Source: Macrostomum hystrix (Eukaryota > Animalia > Platyhelminthes). From it: 64,000 nucleotides of DNA. The notes under the pieces are model-generated. The model saw only the letters and a program-made list of their open reading frames with translations. It had not been told where the DNA came from and searched no databases. The stretch covers positions 558,001 through 622,000 of the forward strand of contig CATNEN010000041.1 in the NCBI GenBank assembly GCA_950097015.1, written 5' to 3'. Position numbers and translations under genes: made by a program. Shown piece after piece: positions 34,312-46,306 of the stretch. Each line of letters starts with the position of its first letter. Position 1 is the first letter of the stretch.

Positions 34312-35578
34312 TCAGCTACTAAATGGCTCTTTTCTGCCGAACAGAACATAGCGAAACATATCGCCCAGGGTGTTGTTGACAGTGCGGATGCTCGCCAAGT
34401 CATGCTGCTGTCCGTATAGGCGGTAGAACAGGTGCATGGCGAAGTTCCTGGCCTGCCAGTCCCACGTGCGGACGCCCATGCCGTAGATCTGGCTGAATCC
34501 AATCCAACCGGGCCGATCCAGCGAATCCTCTTCAATGTGGCACTGGCCAGGAAAGTATTTGCAGATGTCGCCAATAACGTAGAGCGAGTGGCCGCCCCAG
34601 GAGCTATCGTCGAAGATTTGGTAGGACAGGTGCCACATTGCCAGCACTGTACTGTTTGGGGCTGCTGCGAACACTCCGTTGCATAGGACACTGGGCAACT
34701 CCTTGCCGATGGTAAATGTGTACTTTCGCAGCGGCTCCATCAGGCGCAATGCGATAACGTCAAGGTCGAAATAGATACCACCAAGGAGTAGGACTGCCTC
34801 AATGCGCATGACATCCGCTTGGTGCTCCTTCACCTTAACAGTCATGTTGTACAACCTGGAACAAGAAGAATGCAGCGTCCCGGCTAATAACTTAGAGCTA
34901 AAGAATATTCGAAAAACTAATTACCCCGTCATTGTAAGCACTTTGGACCTACTTCTGAGTTACCGGCCTTTGTACCATAACAACGCGACGCTCCCACTCC
35001 TCGGCTGTCATATTTTTCATTAGCATCTTCCAGTACGTGCCGAACGGTGGCTTGGCATACCAGAACACCACTTTCTGGGCCCGCATCACCCAGAATCCGC
35101 TGAGGATGCACACATAGTGGTGAAAGGCCAGCTGTGGGTCATGGAATGGCAGGATGTAGTGCGCTAGGTTTGGTACGGTGTGGTTCGAGTCGTAAGTTTC
35201 CAGCTGCAAGCCGGCTAGGGTGAGATTCCGACCGGACGGCGTGTGAAATCGCCAGCCTTCAGTGCTGAGGTCTAGCCTACGATGCGTAACCATTTTAGCC
35301 ACCATGCTTTGATATCGGCCCGATGGCGAAGCCGAAAGAGCCTTCTTCAGCCGTTCAAAATTGGTGTCAATGAAGTTCGTATCGAGCGGCGCATACGCGG
35401 CTGGTCGGAGAAACCTGTTGGTAGCATCAGCTGACGTGTCCACGCCGAGCTGCCAGAAATAGACGTTTTCGTGATGCCAGGCCGACGTCAGGAGTAGCAC
35501 AATTACCGCTAGCACTAGGCCGAAGACAAGCAAGCCCATGAGGACCGTCCCATGCCGAACTGACAACAGGCGGGACAT
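34312..35578 (-). CDS. Glycosyltransferase family 32 (alpha-1,4-GlcNAc/Gal transferase-like), 2 exons: 35578-34953 and 34855-34312, 389 aa
   Basis: N-terminal type II transmembrane anchor, VPNLAHYI, HQADVMR...GGIYFDLDV (DxD). A 97-nt GT-AG intron joins the two ORFs in frame. Confidence 0.88.
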
Positions 35579-37273
35579 GTAGACTGCCAACAGTGCTGCA
35601 GTCGGGTAGTTCAGTTGGCTGGATTTGTGTCGGCACTGATAGCTCGGAGAAGAGAGTTCTGTGGTCGATCAATAAATATCTGTGCAGATATATATCTTTT
35701 TGAACATAGTTTTAGTACTCGTACGTATGCCTCGTTTGCCTCGGGCGAGTGTCTATCTAAGGCATGTTCTCGTGTATTTGCCGCTGCCGCAGCCATATTT
35801 GCAGATGGCTGAATAACTCTGAGCAACAACCCTGACTAACAACAACTAACAGAAAAGATGAAGCGCAGAAAGCTCAACTACGCTCGCACTTAACTATTAT
35901 CAACGCCCTTAACTATTTGATTAAGGCAACAAAATAAATGGGAAATATTATACATGTTTTGAGATAACGGTTTGGTACGCAAATATTTATATAATTTGAT
36001 GTGACTAAATGTCCTTACCTCGCTTACTGGTACAGCAGTGTTTTTGCAACTTGAGGCCCCAAATAACTTGCTGTTCACTGTAGTTGTGGAAGATTTTCCG
36101 CGTCCCGGTTACACAATCGAAGGAAACTGGCTTGCCGTTCATGCCTTCGTGCGATTCCTGGCTTATTTTTATACGAGCGTAGATTAACTTCAACCGTCCA
36201 GATTAACGAAGATTAGGAATAGCGATGGCATGTGCCGTAAAAGACCTGCCTATTTAGGTTGTTTATTTTCGTAGAGGGTTGCCATTTAGGCTTAATCGAT
36301 AGAAAGCAAAACCAACTGCCGCTTTAGCTGCACTATAATTGACCACAGTAGTATGAAACAGATTCTGCCACGTTGGCAGCTGCTGCTGGCTGACAGAACT
36401 GAAGGCTTCAGACGGGGGAAAAATTGTCTGGAGAAACATTGTCTAATTCTTTTGTTTTGTAACCAAAATGGAGACTACCAGTTGCACCACCCCCTGAGGC
36501 TTAGGCCCCAGCTGTCCCTTGCATTTAATCCACAGTTGGTTGAGCAGCCTTAATCGCGCAGGGACAGCAGCCGCAGTGTGCTGCCAGATGTGCATGCGAT
36601 TAAGAAGACTTGAAGAAAAACAAAGCAGCAAGGCTTCAGTTTTATCAGATGCGCTCGTGTGACAGCTTCTAACAGCGCTTATTTTATTTCAAATTTCATT
36701 TCCTACATTTCATTTTTAACCTTCAAAATCTTCAAAATGTAAAGTTCTAGCAAAGAAAATGTTGCCAACAAAAACAGGGCAGCACGAAAATAAATATAAA
36801 GGTTGAGCTGAAACAAAAAATGCTCCTTTTTAGGATTTTGATCCTGAATTTGAGCGACTAGAGTCTGAAGTACCTTAAATCCTGACTGCTGAATGTTTTG
36901 AACTCTATGCATGCAAACTTTTCACACGGCAAATTCTTGAAATGAAAGCATTTTTGTAAAAAGGGATTGCAAAATATCTAAATTTCGGATTTTCAAGCAC
37001 TTAAAAATTCATTTTAGGTTCCGAGGTTGAAAAAATTTACGAGACCGGATTCACGGAATTTAAAATTAAACAACACTAAACTGCAAGTTTCAAGTGTCTA
37101 CTAATAGTAGTGTCAGAAAAAACAAGATTTTCAAGCGAAAAACTATAATAGAAAATCTTCTGACTTAAGGATTGTTTGTTCGCTCTTTTCATTGTTAATC
37201 AACTACAGCAGCTTCCAATCCGCCCCTGGAATCTGTAATCCGCTAATACAGAAGGTAATCCACTCCTGATTTC

Positions 37274-37420
37274 GCTAATTCACTCTGTGGATAGCTAATT
37301 CACTCTGTGGATAGCTAATTCACTCTGTGGATAGCTAATTCACTCTGTGGATAGCTAATTTACTCTGTGGATAGCTAATTTACTCTGTGGATAGCTAATT
37401 TACTCTGTGGATAGCTTATT
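37274..37420. repeat. 20-bp tandem repeat, about 7 units
   Basis: Unit GCTAATTCACTCTGTGGATA. Confidence 0.92.
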
Positions 37421-37529
37421 CACCCTTGAGTTTCAGGGATTGCTAATTCACTCTTGGATTGCCAATAAAGAGAGTTATTTCGGTGTTTTGGTGCTTCAAT
37501 TATTGATTTCATTTTTCATGGGTGAGAAG

Positions 37530-38580
37530 TATTTCCTGGATTGCTAATGTATTTCCTGGATTGCTAATGTATTTCCTGGATTGCTAATGTATTTCCTGGA
37601 TTGCTAATGAATTTCCTGGATTGCTAATGTATTTCCTGGATTGCTAATGTATTTCCTGGATTGCTAATGTATTTCCTGGATTGCTAATGTATTTCCTGGA
37701 TTGCTAATGAATTTCCTGGATTGCTAATGTATTTCCTGGATTGCTAATGAATTTCCTGGATTGCTAATGTATTTCCTGGATTGCTAATGAATTTCCTGGA
37801 TTGCTAATGTATTTCCTGGATTGCTAATGTACTTCCTGGATTGCTAATGTATTTCCTGGATTGCTAATGAATTTCCTGGATTGCTAATGTATTTCCTGGA
37901 TTGCTAATGTATTTCCTGGATTGGTAATGTATTTCCTGGATTGCTAATGAATTTCCTGGATTGCTAATGTATTTCCTGGATTGGTAATGTATTTCATGGA
38001 TTGGTAATGTATTTCCTGGATTGCTAATGTATTTCATGGATTGGTAATGTATTTCATGGATTGGTAATGTATTTCATGGATTGGTAATGTATTCCATGGA
38101 TTGATAATGTATTTCCTGGATTGGTAATGTATTTCATGGATTGCTAATGTATTCGAAGGATTGGTAATGTATTTTTTGGATTGATAATGTACTTCCTGGA
38201 ATGCTAATGTATTTCATGTATTGGTAATGTATTTTATAGATTGGTAATGTATTTCATGGATTGGTAATGTATTCCATGGATTGATAATGTATTTCATGGA
38301 TTGGTAATGTATTCGAAGGATTGGTAATGTATTTTTTGGATTGATAATGTATTTCATGGATTGATAATGTATTTCATGGATTGGTAATGTATTTCATAGA
38401 TTGCTAAAGTATTTCATCGATTGATAATGTATTTCATAGATTTGTAATGTATTTCATGGATTGCTAATGTATTTCATGGATTGATAATGTATTTCATGGA
38501 TTGATAATGTACTTGTACGAGTATTTCATGGATTGATAATGTACTTGTACGAGTATTTCATGGATTGGTAATGTAATTTA
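37530..38580. repeat. 20-bp minisatellite, about 50 units, diverging rightwards
   Basis: GTATTTCCTGGATTGCTAAT grading into GTATTTCATGGATTG(G/A)TAAT. Confidence 0.95.
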
Positions 38581-38809
38581 GGGATTAAGTTTTCTCATTT
38601 TTTCGTCCCAGCAACAGGAATGGCAGCGGCGGCGGCATGGCCTCTCTGATTGGTCGCCGCTGCTGATGACACCCACCCCAGAAGCAGCCTCCGCGCTGCC
38701 TCAGGAGTCCGGTTGGGCCGCAGGCTCTATTAATTAGATAATTTTCTGAGCTACTAGCAGAGTTTCATTGCTTTAGCCTGAATTCTTAAGCGTTGATAAG
38801 CCACAAATC

Positions 38810-41800
38810 ATGGTGGACAACTCCAGCAGCAGTTGTGGCAGTAGCGTAGACGCGGACTGGTCCATCGTGTCCACGACTGGAAGTCCAGGTCGGCGGAAGC
38901 AGCAGCTCTCCCAGCAGCAGTTTCCAGGCATGTCTGCCAGAGCTTCGGCCTTCCGGATCGAGGCGCTGATGGAGCTGCAGCCGCAGCAGCCGAGGCTGCC
39001 AAAGAAGCGTCGACACTTGGAAGTGTTGCAGACGCCGGATCAGCTAGAAGCCCAATCGGGTGAGTTCAAATTGGAAGCTGCTATACTCACTCACAATGTC
39101 TGAGGCCCACTCGGAGCTGAGCACGAGCACTGTGGGATCTGAGCGCAAAAATTTGGGATCTGAAAATGGAACTTTTAATCAAGCACAATATCTGCTTGAA
39201 ATTACAAGTTAATGCTAAAGTACAATTTAATAATAATAATAAGAATCGCAGGAGGGCTGCAGTCAATGGCTCATCATTTGGTGACACTAGACCTGTAGCC
39301 AGCGAGGAGGCAATTCTGCCCATTTCACAGACTCCTGAGCACACACGCACACAGATACTGTACGCGGGCACACGCTCACACAGGTGTTCATCTGCCCTGA
39401 CTTTCTCATCGTCAGGCCTACACTTCACTGTGCCTTGGAGGTTGGCCCTCAAGGGCGTAAATTGCACGACAAGCCCCCAAGCCTTGTCTCCACGGCCGCG
39501 CCCCAAATGAATGTGACCTCGCCGCGGAATTGAGCTCAGGGACCTTAGTGCGAGAGGCAAATGCGTTATACCGCTCTGCCACGCACCCTCTTAACACATT
39601 ATCTGCGCTCAATGATTCAATTTCATAGTCATAATCGGTCCGTTCCATGATTCAATTTCATAGTCATAATCGGTCCGCTCAATGATTCAATTTCATAGTC
39701 ATAATCGGTCCGCTCAATGATTCAATTCCATAGTCATAATCGGTCCGCTCAATGATTCAATTCCATAGTCATAATCGGTCCGCTCAATGATTCAATTTCA
39801 TAGTCATAATCGGTCCGCTCAATGATTCAATTCCATAGTCATAATCGGTCCGCTCAATGATTCAATTTCATAGTCATAATCGGTCCGCTCAATGATTCAA
39901 TTTCATAGTCATAATCGGTCCGCTCAATGATTCAATTCCATAGTCATAATCGGTCCGCTCAATGATTCAATTCCATAGTCATAATCGGTCCGCTCAATGA
40001 TTCAATTCCATAGTCATAATCGGTCCGAAATTGAAATCTGAACACAAAATTCGTTCATCACTATGGGAAACCTTTGAGGCCGACCCTGCTGCAATGTGAT
40101 CCGACCACTTTCTATAAACTGCGCGAGCATGCCGGAAATTCTGCTGCTCATAAAGTTGTTGCATTAGCAGGTTGAACAGGACTGACTCCAGTTGTAAATG
40201 TATTAGCTGACCCTGCACCGGCCTGCCTGCCTGGCCTGCGTCAGTGCGAAAATGAGGGCGCCGATTTCCAGGACTGCCGCGACGCGGGGATGTTTTCCAT
40301 CTTCTGAGATTACATTTTACCGCAGCCTTATTTTCCCCAGGCTTTTAGGAGCTCCGAACTTTCCTAAAACTTGAAATTTCCTGGAATTTTAATTTCCCCT
40401 TCGGAAAGACTGGAAAGAGCAAAACACGTTTTCATTTACATTTTTTCTCAATTCTCGCTTTCAATTAAAAAAACCTGACACTCAATTTTAGGGCTTAAAT
40501 AATCCTGACTTTTTTCAGACGAACCAATCACATTTGTCCAGCAGCAGCAGCAGCTTCAGGAGCCGCGCTGCAGACTTGAGAACAGGCAGCTCTGGCAGCA
40601 ATTCCGGGCTCTGGACACGGAAATGATAATTACTAAGACTGGCAGGTAGGTACTAAGTTGGTGTACGAGTGAAGCACAAAGCAATGCGGTGCCCCCCATC
40701 TGCCCAGACCAGTTTTATTGCCGCGGCTTGTCGCCAAGCGGGCGAACCGGTTTTCCATTCCCAGTCAGTGTTACACCCAGCATTTCCGTACAACCAGCCT
40801 TTACAGCCCAATTCTGATTCTTCGCCCGGCGATTCAGCTCTCATTTTGAATTTGGCTTGTTTTTGTGCGAAAATTTGCCTAAAAATCATTGGCAACTGAA
40901 ACCTGAGCCGCCCGCTGCAGCTTCCCGGCAACTCCCTGATTTAGGGCCTCACACATCGAAGCGGGGACACTTCAAAGGTAGAGAAACGAAAGCGGTGAGG
41001 CAGAACACGCAGTCTCAGGCTTCAAATTCTGCCCCAACCGGTTAATTGGACCGTGCAGCCGATTCCTCGGCCCACCAACCCCCAGCAGCGCTGATGAAGC
41101 CGAGAAGCTTCGAAAGAAACTCGAGACTGTTAAAAACAGAACCGCCACTGACAGAGGCCCGTCAATGGTCAGGGTGGCCAATAAATTATAGAGACAAGAC
41201 AGCCTTTTGTCAACCAAAACCAAAGAATTACCAAGATTGTGCTGCCCTCACACTTGCTACAATGCGCAATGTACAATACTTGCTACAAGCTACAATGCCC
41301 ACCAGACAGAACTGCTGCCACTGCCTTCCAAGACATGCATGCACAATGTGCCAGAAATTGCTATAAAACTTTGCGGCTTGAAGACAAACTCGTTACACCC
41401 ATTTGGAGCTGGGATCGTGGGAACTGACTTTGCCTGGCTAGCTGGCAGCTGAACCAGATGTAACTGAGACACATCCAGCATGCTGCGGTCAGCGCCTTCG
41501 TCACTGCTGTTGCTTTCAGTCTATTCTCCCATCATCTCCCAGTCCATCATCCATCATCTCCCAGTCCATCATCCATCATCTCCCAGTCCATCATCCATCA
41601 TCTCCCAGTCCATCATCCATCATCTCCCAGTCCATCATCCATCATCTCCCAGTCCATCATCCATCATCTCCCAGTCCATCATCCATCATCTCCCAGTCCA
41701 TCTTCCATCATCTCCCAGTCCATCATCTCCCAGTCCCTCTCCCATCATACTCCAGTCTCTCTTCCATCATCTTCCAGTCTCTCTTCCATCATCTCCCAGT

Positions 41801-44010
41801 GCATCATCCATCATCTCCCAGTTCCATCATCTCCCAGTCCCTCTCCCATCATATCCCAGTCTCTCTTCCATCATCTTCCAGTCCATCATCCACCATCTCT
41901 ATATTGTTTGCATCAGTAACCAATGAGAAACTTGCCACCCGCCGACCCGCCGCAGGCGCATGTTCCCCATGGTTCGGGTGTCCTTTTCCGGCCTCCAGGA
42001 GCGCGCTCGCTACCACGTGCTGATGGACGTTCAGCCCGTTGACGGCTACCGCTACCGCTACGCCTACCACCGCAGCGCCTGGACTGTCACCGGCCGGGCC
42101 GACCCGGACCCACCGATGCGCTGCTTCCTGCACCCTGACGGCCCCTTCACAGGCCAGCAGCTGATGCGACAGGCGGTCAGCTTCGAGAAGCTGAAGCTCA
42201 CCAACAACTCGGCTGATAAGGCTCAGGTTCGGGAAACCGGGCGGATTCATGGGATAACCCCAGATGAAGAAATGGGAGCAGAGCATCGCTTGGAATTTTA
42301 AAGATGTTTAGGCTTGATTACAGAATATCCGGAGGTGCGAAAATGGGGAGTTTTAGAACGGGATCAAGGCGTATATTTGGGTGGGACATATTAGTTCCGG
42401 TTCCATGCGATTTGAGCTTAATAACCCCGCCCCCACCTGAAAACACCAAATGAGCAGCACATTGTGCTGAACTCGATGCACAAATACCAAGCGCGGGTGC
42501 ACCTGATGCGCCTACACACGACTGATCAAGGCGGCGTTGTCGGCGACTTGGGAGCAGCGTTGAGCTCAGTGAGCTCGGAGCACAGGCAGTTCATATTTCC
42601 AGAGACTGTCTTCATAGCGGTGACGGCCTACCAGAACCAGCTGGTGAGCGGCTCGGCTGCTTTTCTTAGAAACCGAAGGCCCTGTTTCTTAGAATTAATG
42701 TATTTTTCTTATACCTAGAATCCCCTTGCAAAAATCCCACAGATCACGAAGCTGAAGATCGATCGCAACCCATTCGCCAAGGGTTTCCGCGACACCGCCC
42801 GAACCTGCAGCTTTGGAAGGTGAGGCCTGGCGAACATGTTGCTGCTGCTACATGGCTGGGCGCACTTCACTTGTATCTGTTCAGTTCGCAGTTTTTGCTG
42901 TCTTGTTGCCTATAAGACCATTGCGGCAGGTTGGATAGGTTCGCAGCCTTGTAGCAGAGAATTTCGCAATGTGGCACTCCGACACAGGTCGGCAGTGTTG
43001 CTTCTTCGCTGAAAATGTTTGTTTTTTCCCAGCATCCACTTGACATTTCACTGCAGCTCGCTGCTCCCTTCTTGCGAAAGTTTCAGTCCTAAAAAATTGC
43101 GATTCTAACATGACCACCTGAACAGATGAACTTGACTGCTTTCCGATCTTTCCTCACCTGGTTCCTAAGCATCCTAACCGATTTTCTTGTTTGAGAGCCC
43201 AAAAGCAATTAGCCTGCGCAATGCACAGAATTGAGACAACTGTGGAACTGATTGCAGGCTTTTAGTATAGCAAAATAAATAATTTAATCTGAGCAGATTC
43301 AGTTGCAGACAACGCATCACACAAGGCGTGTGGGTGCCGGGTAGCTGGGGGGCGGCCTTGCCGGCAGGTTTGCCTGGCAACATGCCTAATAAAATCCATG
43401 ATGCCACCCGCCATACAGTCAATACAAGAGGCCAGCAAGGTGAGAGAGATCGTGTCCAGTTGCGGTGTCTAGACACCCGATGCCAGGTGCAGTGCGGTGG
43501 AGCCGCTGGTAGCGGAGTGGGCGGGGCTCGCCTCACGCAAAACTGATGCCCCCCGCCCACTTGAACGGGACCGACCCGACCCTGGGCTACTTCACTTGTC
43601 TGTCTGGCTGGCGGGTTCCAGATTCAGTTAGGCTTTCAAGTGTCCGGGCAGGGAACACCGAGTGAAAGTATCCATTGCGATGTGTTGGACAAGCTGGTCA
43701 ACCGGATATAGTGATAAATGTGGCCTGACATAGGCAGCAAAATTGTCGCATGCGTTAATTGCATCAACCATGGGATATGGGACTTAAATAATCAATGTCA
43801 CATTCCTCCTGCAGAAGCTGCGCTGATGACCGCACAGCAGAGGCTCAGCTGGCATCGGGGCTTGACACGGTCAGCCCGACCATGTGGCCACTGCATCAGC
43901 AGCCGCAGCAGTTCAGCAGCCTGGCTGACTTGCAGCACTCCGCTGGTCTCATGATGCTGCAGAAACGGCTGACGGCCGGGTCTGGTGAGGAGAGACTGGA
44001 GATAAACTGA
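38810..44010 (+). CDS. TBX20: T-box transcription factor, Tbx20/H15/midline subfamily. Exons 38810-39059, 40519-40645, 41956-42226, 42458-42643, 42743-42819, 43815-44010
   Basis: eh1-like SARASAFRIEALM. T-box pieces LWQQF...EMIITKTGRRMFP, RYRYAYHRSAW (Tbx20-typical), SFEKLKLTNN, HIVLNSMHKY, FPETVFIAVTAYQNQ, ITKLKIDRNPFAKGFRD. All junctions are GT-AG and phase-consistent. The last exon is less certain. Confidence 0.88.
39228..39588 (-). mobile_element. tRNA-derived SINE in Tbx20 intron 1
   Basis: Minus-strand head GGGTGCGTGGCAGAGCGGTATAACGC (A-box-like) ... GAGCTCAATTCC (degenerate B box). (TTA)n tail at 39228-39242. Confidence 0.6.
39607..40026. repeat. 35-bp tandem repeat, 12 units
   Basis: Unit AATGATTCAATT(T/C)CATAGTCATAATCGGTCCGCTC. 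Confidence 0.95.
41490..41900. repeat. Intronic CCATCAT/CTCCCAGT minisatellite
   Basis: Repeats of CCATCATCTCCCAGTCCATCAT. The 41480-41926 ORF is a repeat artefact. Confidence 0.9.
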
Positions 44011-44716
44011 CGCCTGCAGTACAACAGTTGCTTTGAGCTCTTTTTTAACAAGTTACAAGTTCTGCGGTAACGACATATTACTGCCGTAATTACTCATTGT
44101 ATGATTATTCCCCTGAGCCCCATTGAGTTACAGCATCAGTGAGATAACTGCGGCTGCTGGCAATTAACTGAACAGCTCCAGCAGGACATATTTTTGCTTG
44201 ACTTTCTCAAATATCATTCTCAACAGCTCGTGCTACTATAAAATGCAAGGTGTGCCACAGCCGCAACATACCTTGTTGCGCACCTTCGCTGTGAGGCACT
44301 AACTTCCTTTTCTCCGCTTTTAGACAATCACAAAATAGATTTTTGTTCTCTGCTCGACTTAGGGAAATGTAAAACTTGAAGGCCACTCAAGTTTGAGTAG
44401 ATTTCAGCTCAGTTACACACAGCCTTTGAAATGAGTCTCACTCGCTACCTAAACTCCCAGTGTCCAATGCTTTTTAATCCCCAGTAAAATTAAACGCCGG
44501 TGCGGACTGAAATGGCATTCTTAAACTGCTGCCTGGCCCTGCAATCGCGGCCAAGAAAGTTGAAATAAAAACAATTCAAAGAGGCACGGCCTGCGCAGTT
44601 GTCTTCGTTGTTGAATGTTCAGCCGAAATCCAATGGCTTCCCTGCCAAGCAGGTAGCTCGCACAATGTACAGTGTGAGCATCGCTGCATAGGTACTTTAA
44701 TGCATGTAGCTGGGAC

Positions 44717-45286
44717 TGGGAGACAGCAGCTACCCGAGAGGATCTGGGAGATAGCAGCTACCCTAGAGGATCTGGGAGACAGCAGCTACCCTTGGGGATC
44801 TGGGAGACAGCAGCTACCCTAGAGGATCTGGGAGACAGCAGCTACCCTAGAGGATCTGGGAGACAGCAGCTACCCTAGAGGATCTGGGAGACAGCAGCTA
44901 CCCTAGAGGATCAGGGAGACAGCAGCTACCCTAGAGGATCTGGGAGACAGCAGCTACCCTTGGGGATCTGGGAGACAGCAGCTACCCTAGAGGATCTGGG
45001 AGACAGCAGCTACCCTAGAGGATCTGGGAGACAGCAGCTACCCTAGAGGATCTGGGAGACAGCAGCTACCCTAGAGGATCTGGGAGACAGCAGCTACCCT
45101 AGAGGATCTGGGAGACAGCAGCTACCCTTGGGGATCTGAGAGACAGCAGCTACTCTAGAGGATCTGGGAGACAGCAGCTACCCTTGGGGATCTGAGAGAC
45201 AGCAGCTACTCTAGAGGATCTGGGAGACAGCAGCTACCCTAGAGGATCTGGGAGACAGTGGCTCCCAGATCCCCAAGGGTAGCTGG
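44717..45286. repeat. 28-bp tandem repeat, about 19 units, with one inverted partial unit at the end
   Basis: Unit GGGAGACAGCAGCTACCCTAGAGGATCT. 45261-45286 is a reverse-complement copy. Confidence 0.93.
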
Positions 45287-46056
45287 AATGGAAGCGGCTT
45301 TCCATTCCCATTCATGGGATTCTGAGTGGGAGCAGCTCATCTTGGAGAACTGAAATCTGGTGACTGTGGATTTGAAAATTAGTGATAGGACTGCCCCAAC
45401 TAATAGGTACTGAGCCTGTACCTGATCATATCAATCAATTATTTGAATTTGAACACTTCAGCACAAAGGTGCAATCTCAGTATCTGCTGGTTGCAGAAGG
45501 AAATGTAGCAACAAGCTGCACAGAAGCAATACAGCAAAACTCAGCTCACTGTATTTGACAGTCGTGTTAATCTCTAGTTTTCGAAAGCCTAAAAAGCAAG
45601 CCTCGTATTGTTATCTGGCAATTTTATCTGGTAGAAGACGCTAAAAATACTACTACGAGTACTTAACACGGTTAGTAGGATAAGTTGAATAATGAATAAC
45701 AGTTGCGTCAATAAACACCAATAGCATTTTTAATCAGAACTATAAACAAATTCATCATAATCACAAAATTGATGCATGAGCAAAGACAGCAAGCAAATAG
45801 AATATTCGAGCTAGTAGTGTGTTGAGGACATGCAACACAATCGAATAAATATTAAAATAGAGCCTCGGGTGATGCAGAAGTATGCAGACTTACCTTATCT
45901 CTTCATGCACAGATTAAATGTAGTAACCAGAAAAAAGCGATGGCCATAAAAAATACAACCCGCGACTTGCCCAGGCCCATGGAAAAATGAAACTCATTCA
46001 AACATATTCAATTCACTTCAAACCATGGGAGATTAGCAATCCCTATATGAGGATAT

Positions 46057-46195
46057 GGGAGATTGATCGATCTCAACATGGGGATCGGGGAGATTGATCG
46101 ATCTCAACATGGGGATCTGGGAGATTGATCGATCTCAACATGGGGATCGGGGAGATTGATCGATCTCAACATGGGGATCTGGGAGATTGATCGAG
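46057..46195. repeat. 31-bp tandem repeat, about 4.5 units
   Basis: Unit GGGAGATTGATCGATCTCAACATGGGGATC(G/T). Confidence 0.9.
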
Positions 46196-46306
46196 CTATA
46201 AGATGTGACTGCAAGTCTTGAGTGAAAAAATTGTCAATGGGGACAATCAAACTATTGCGTTTCTGATTTGAACAGAAGAATAATGCCAAGTCCCGAACAC
46301 CCGGCC

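Noticed and set aside
39395-39420. Hammerhead-like CTGACGA...GAAA on the minus strand of the SINE
   Set aside because: Only 3 nt lie between the core segments, so stem II cannot form, and no convincing stems I/III are present.
39607-40026. 35-bp repeat as CRISPR or as CCATAGAC array (contains CCATAGTC)
   Set aside because: It is head-to-tail with no spacers, and the motif is only a 7/8 match inside an intronic minisatellite.
40972-41450. Possible decayed hAT/ZNF862-like C-terminus on the minus strand (RLS...LTIDGP)
   Set aside because: The similarity is limited to a few residues across broken frames and cannot be supported without a profile search.
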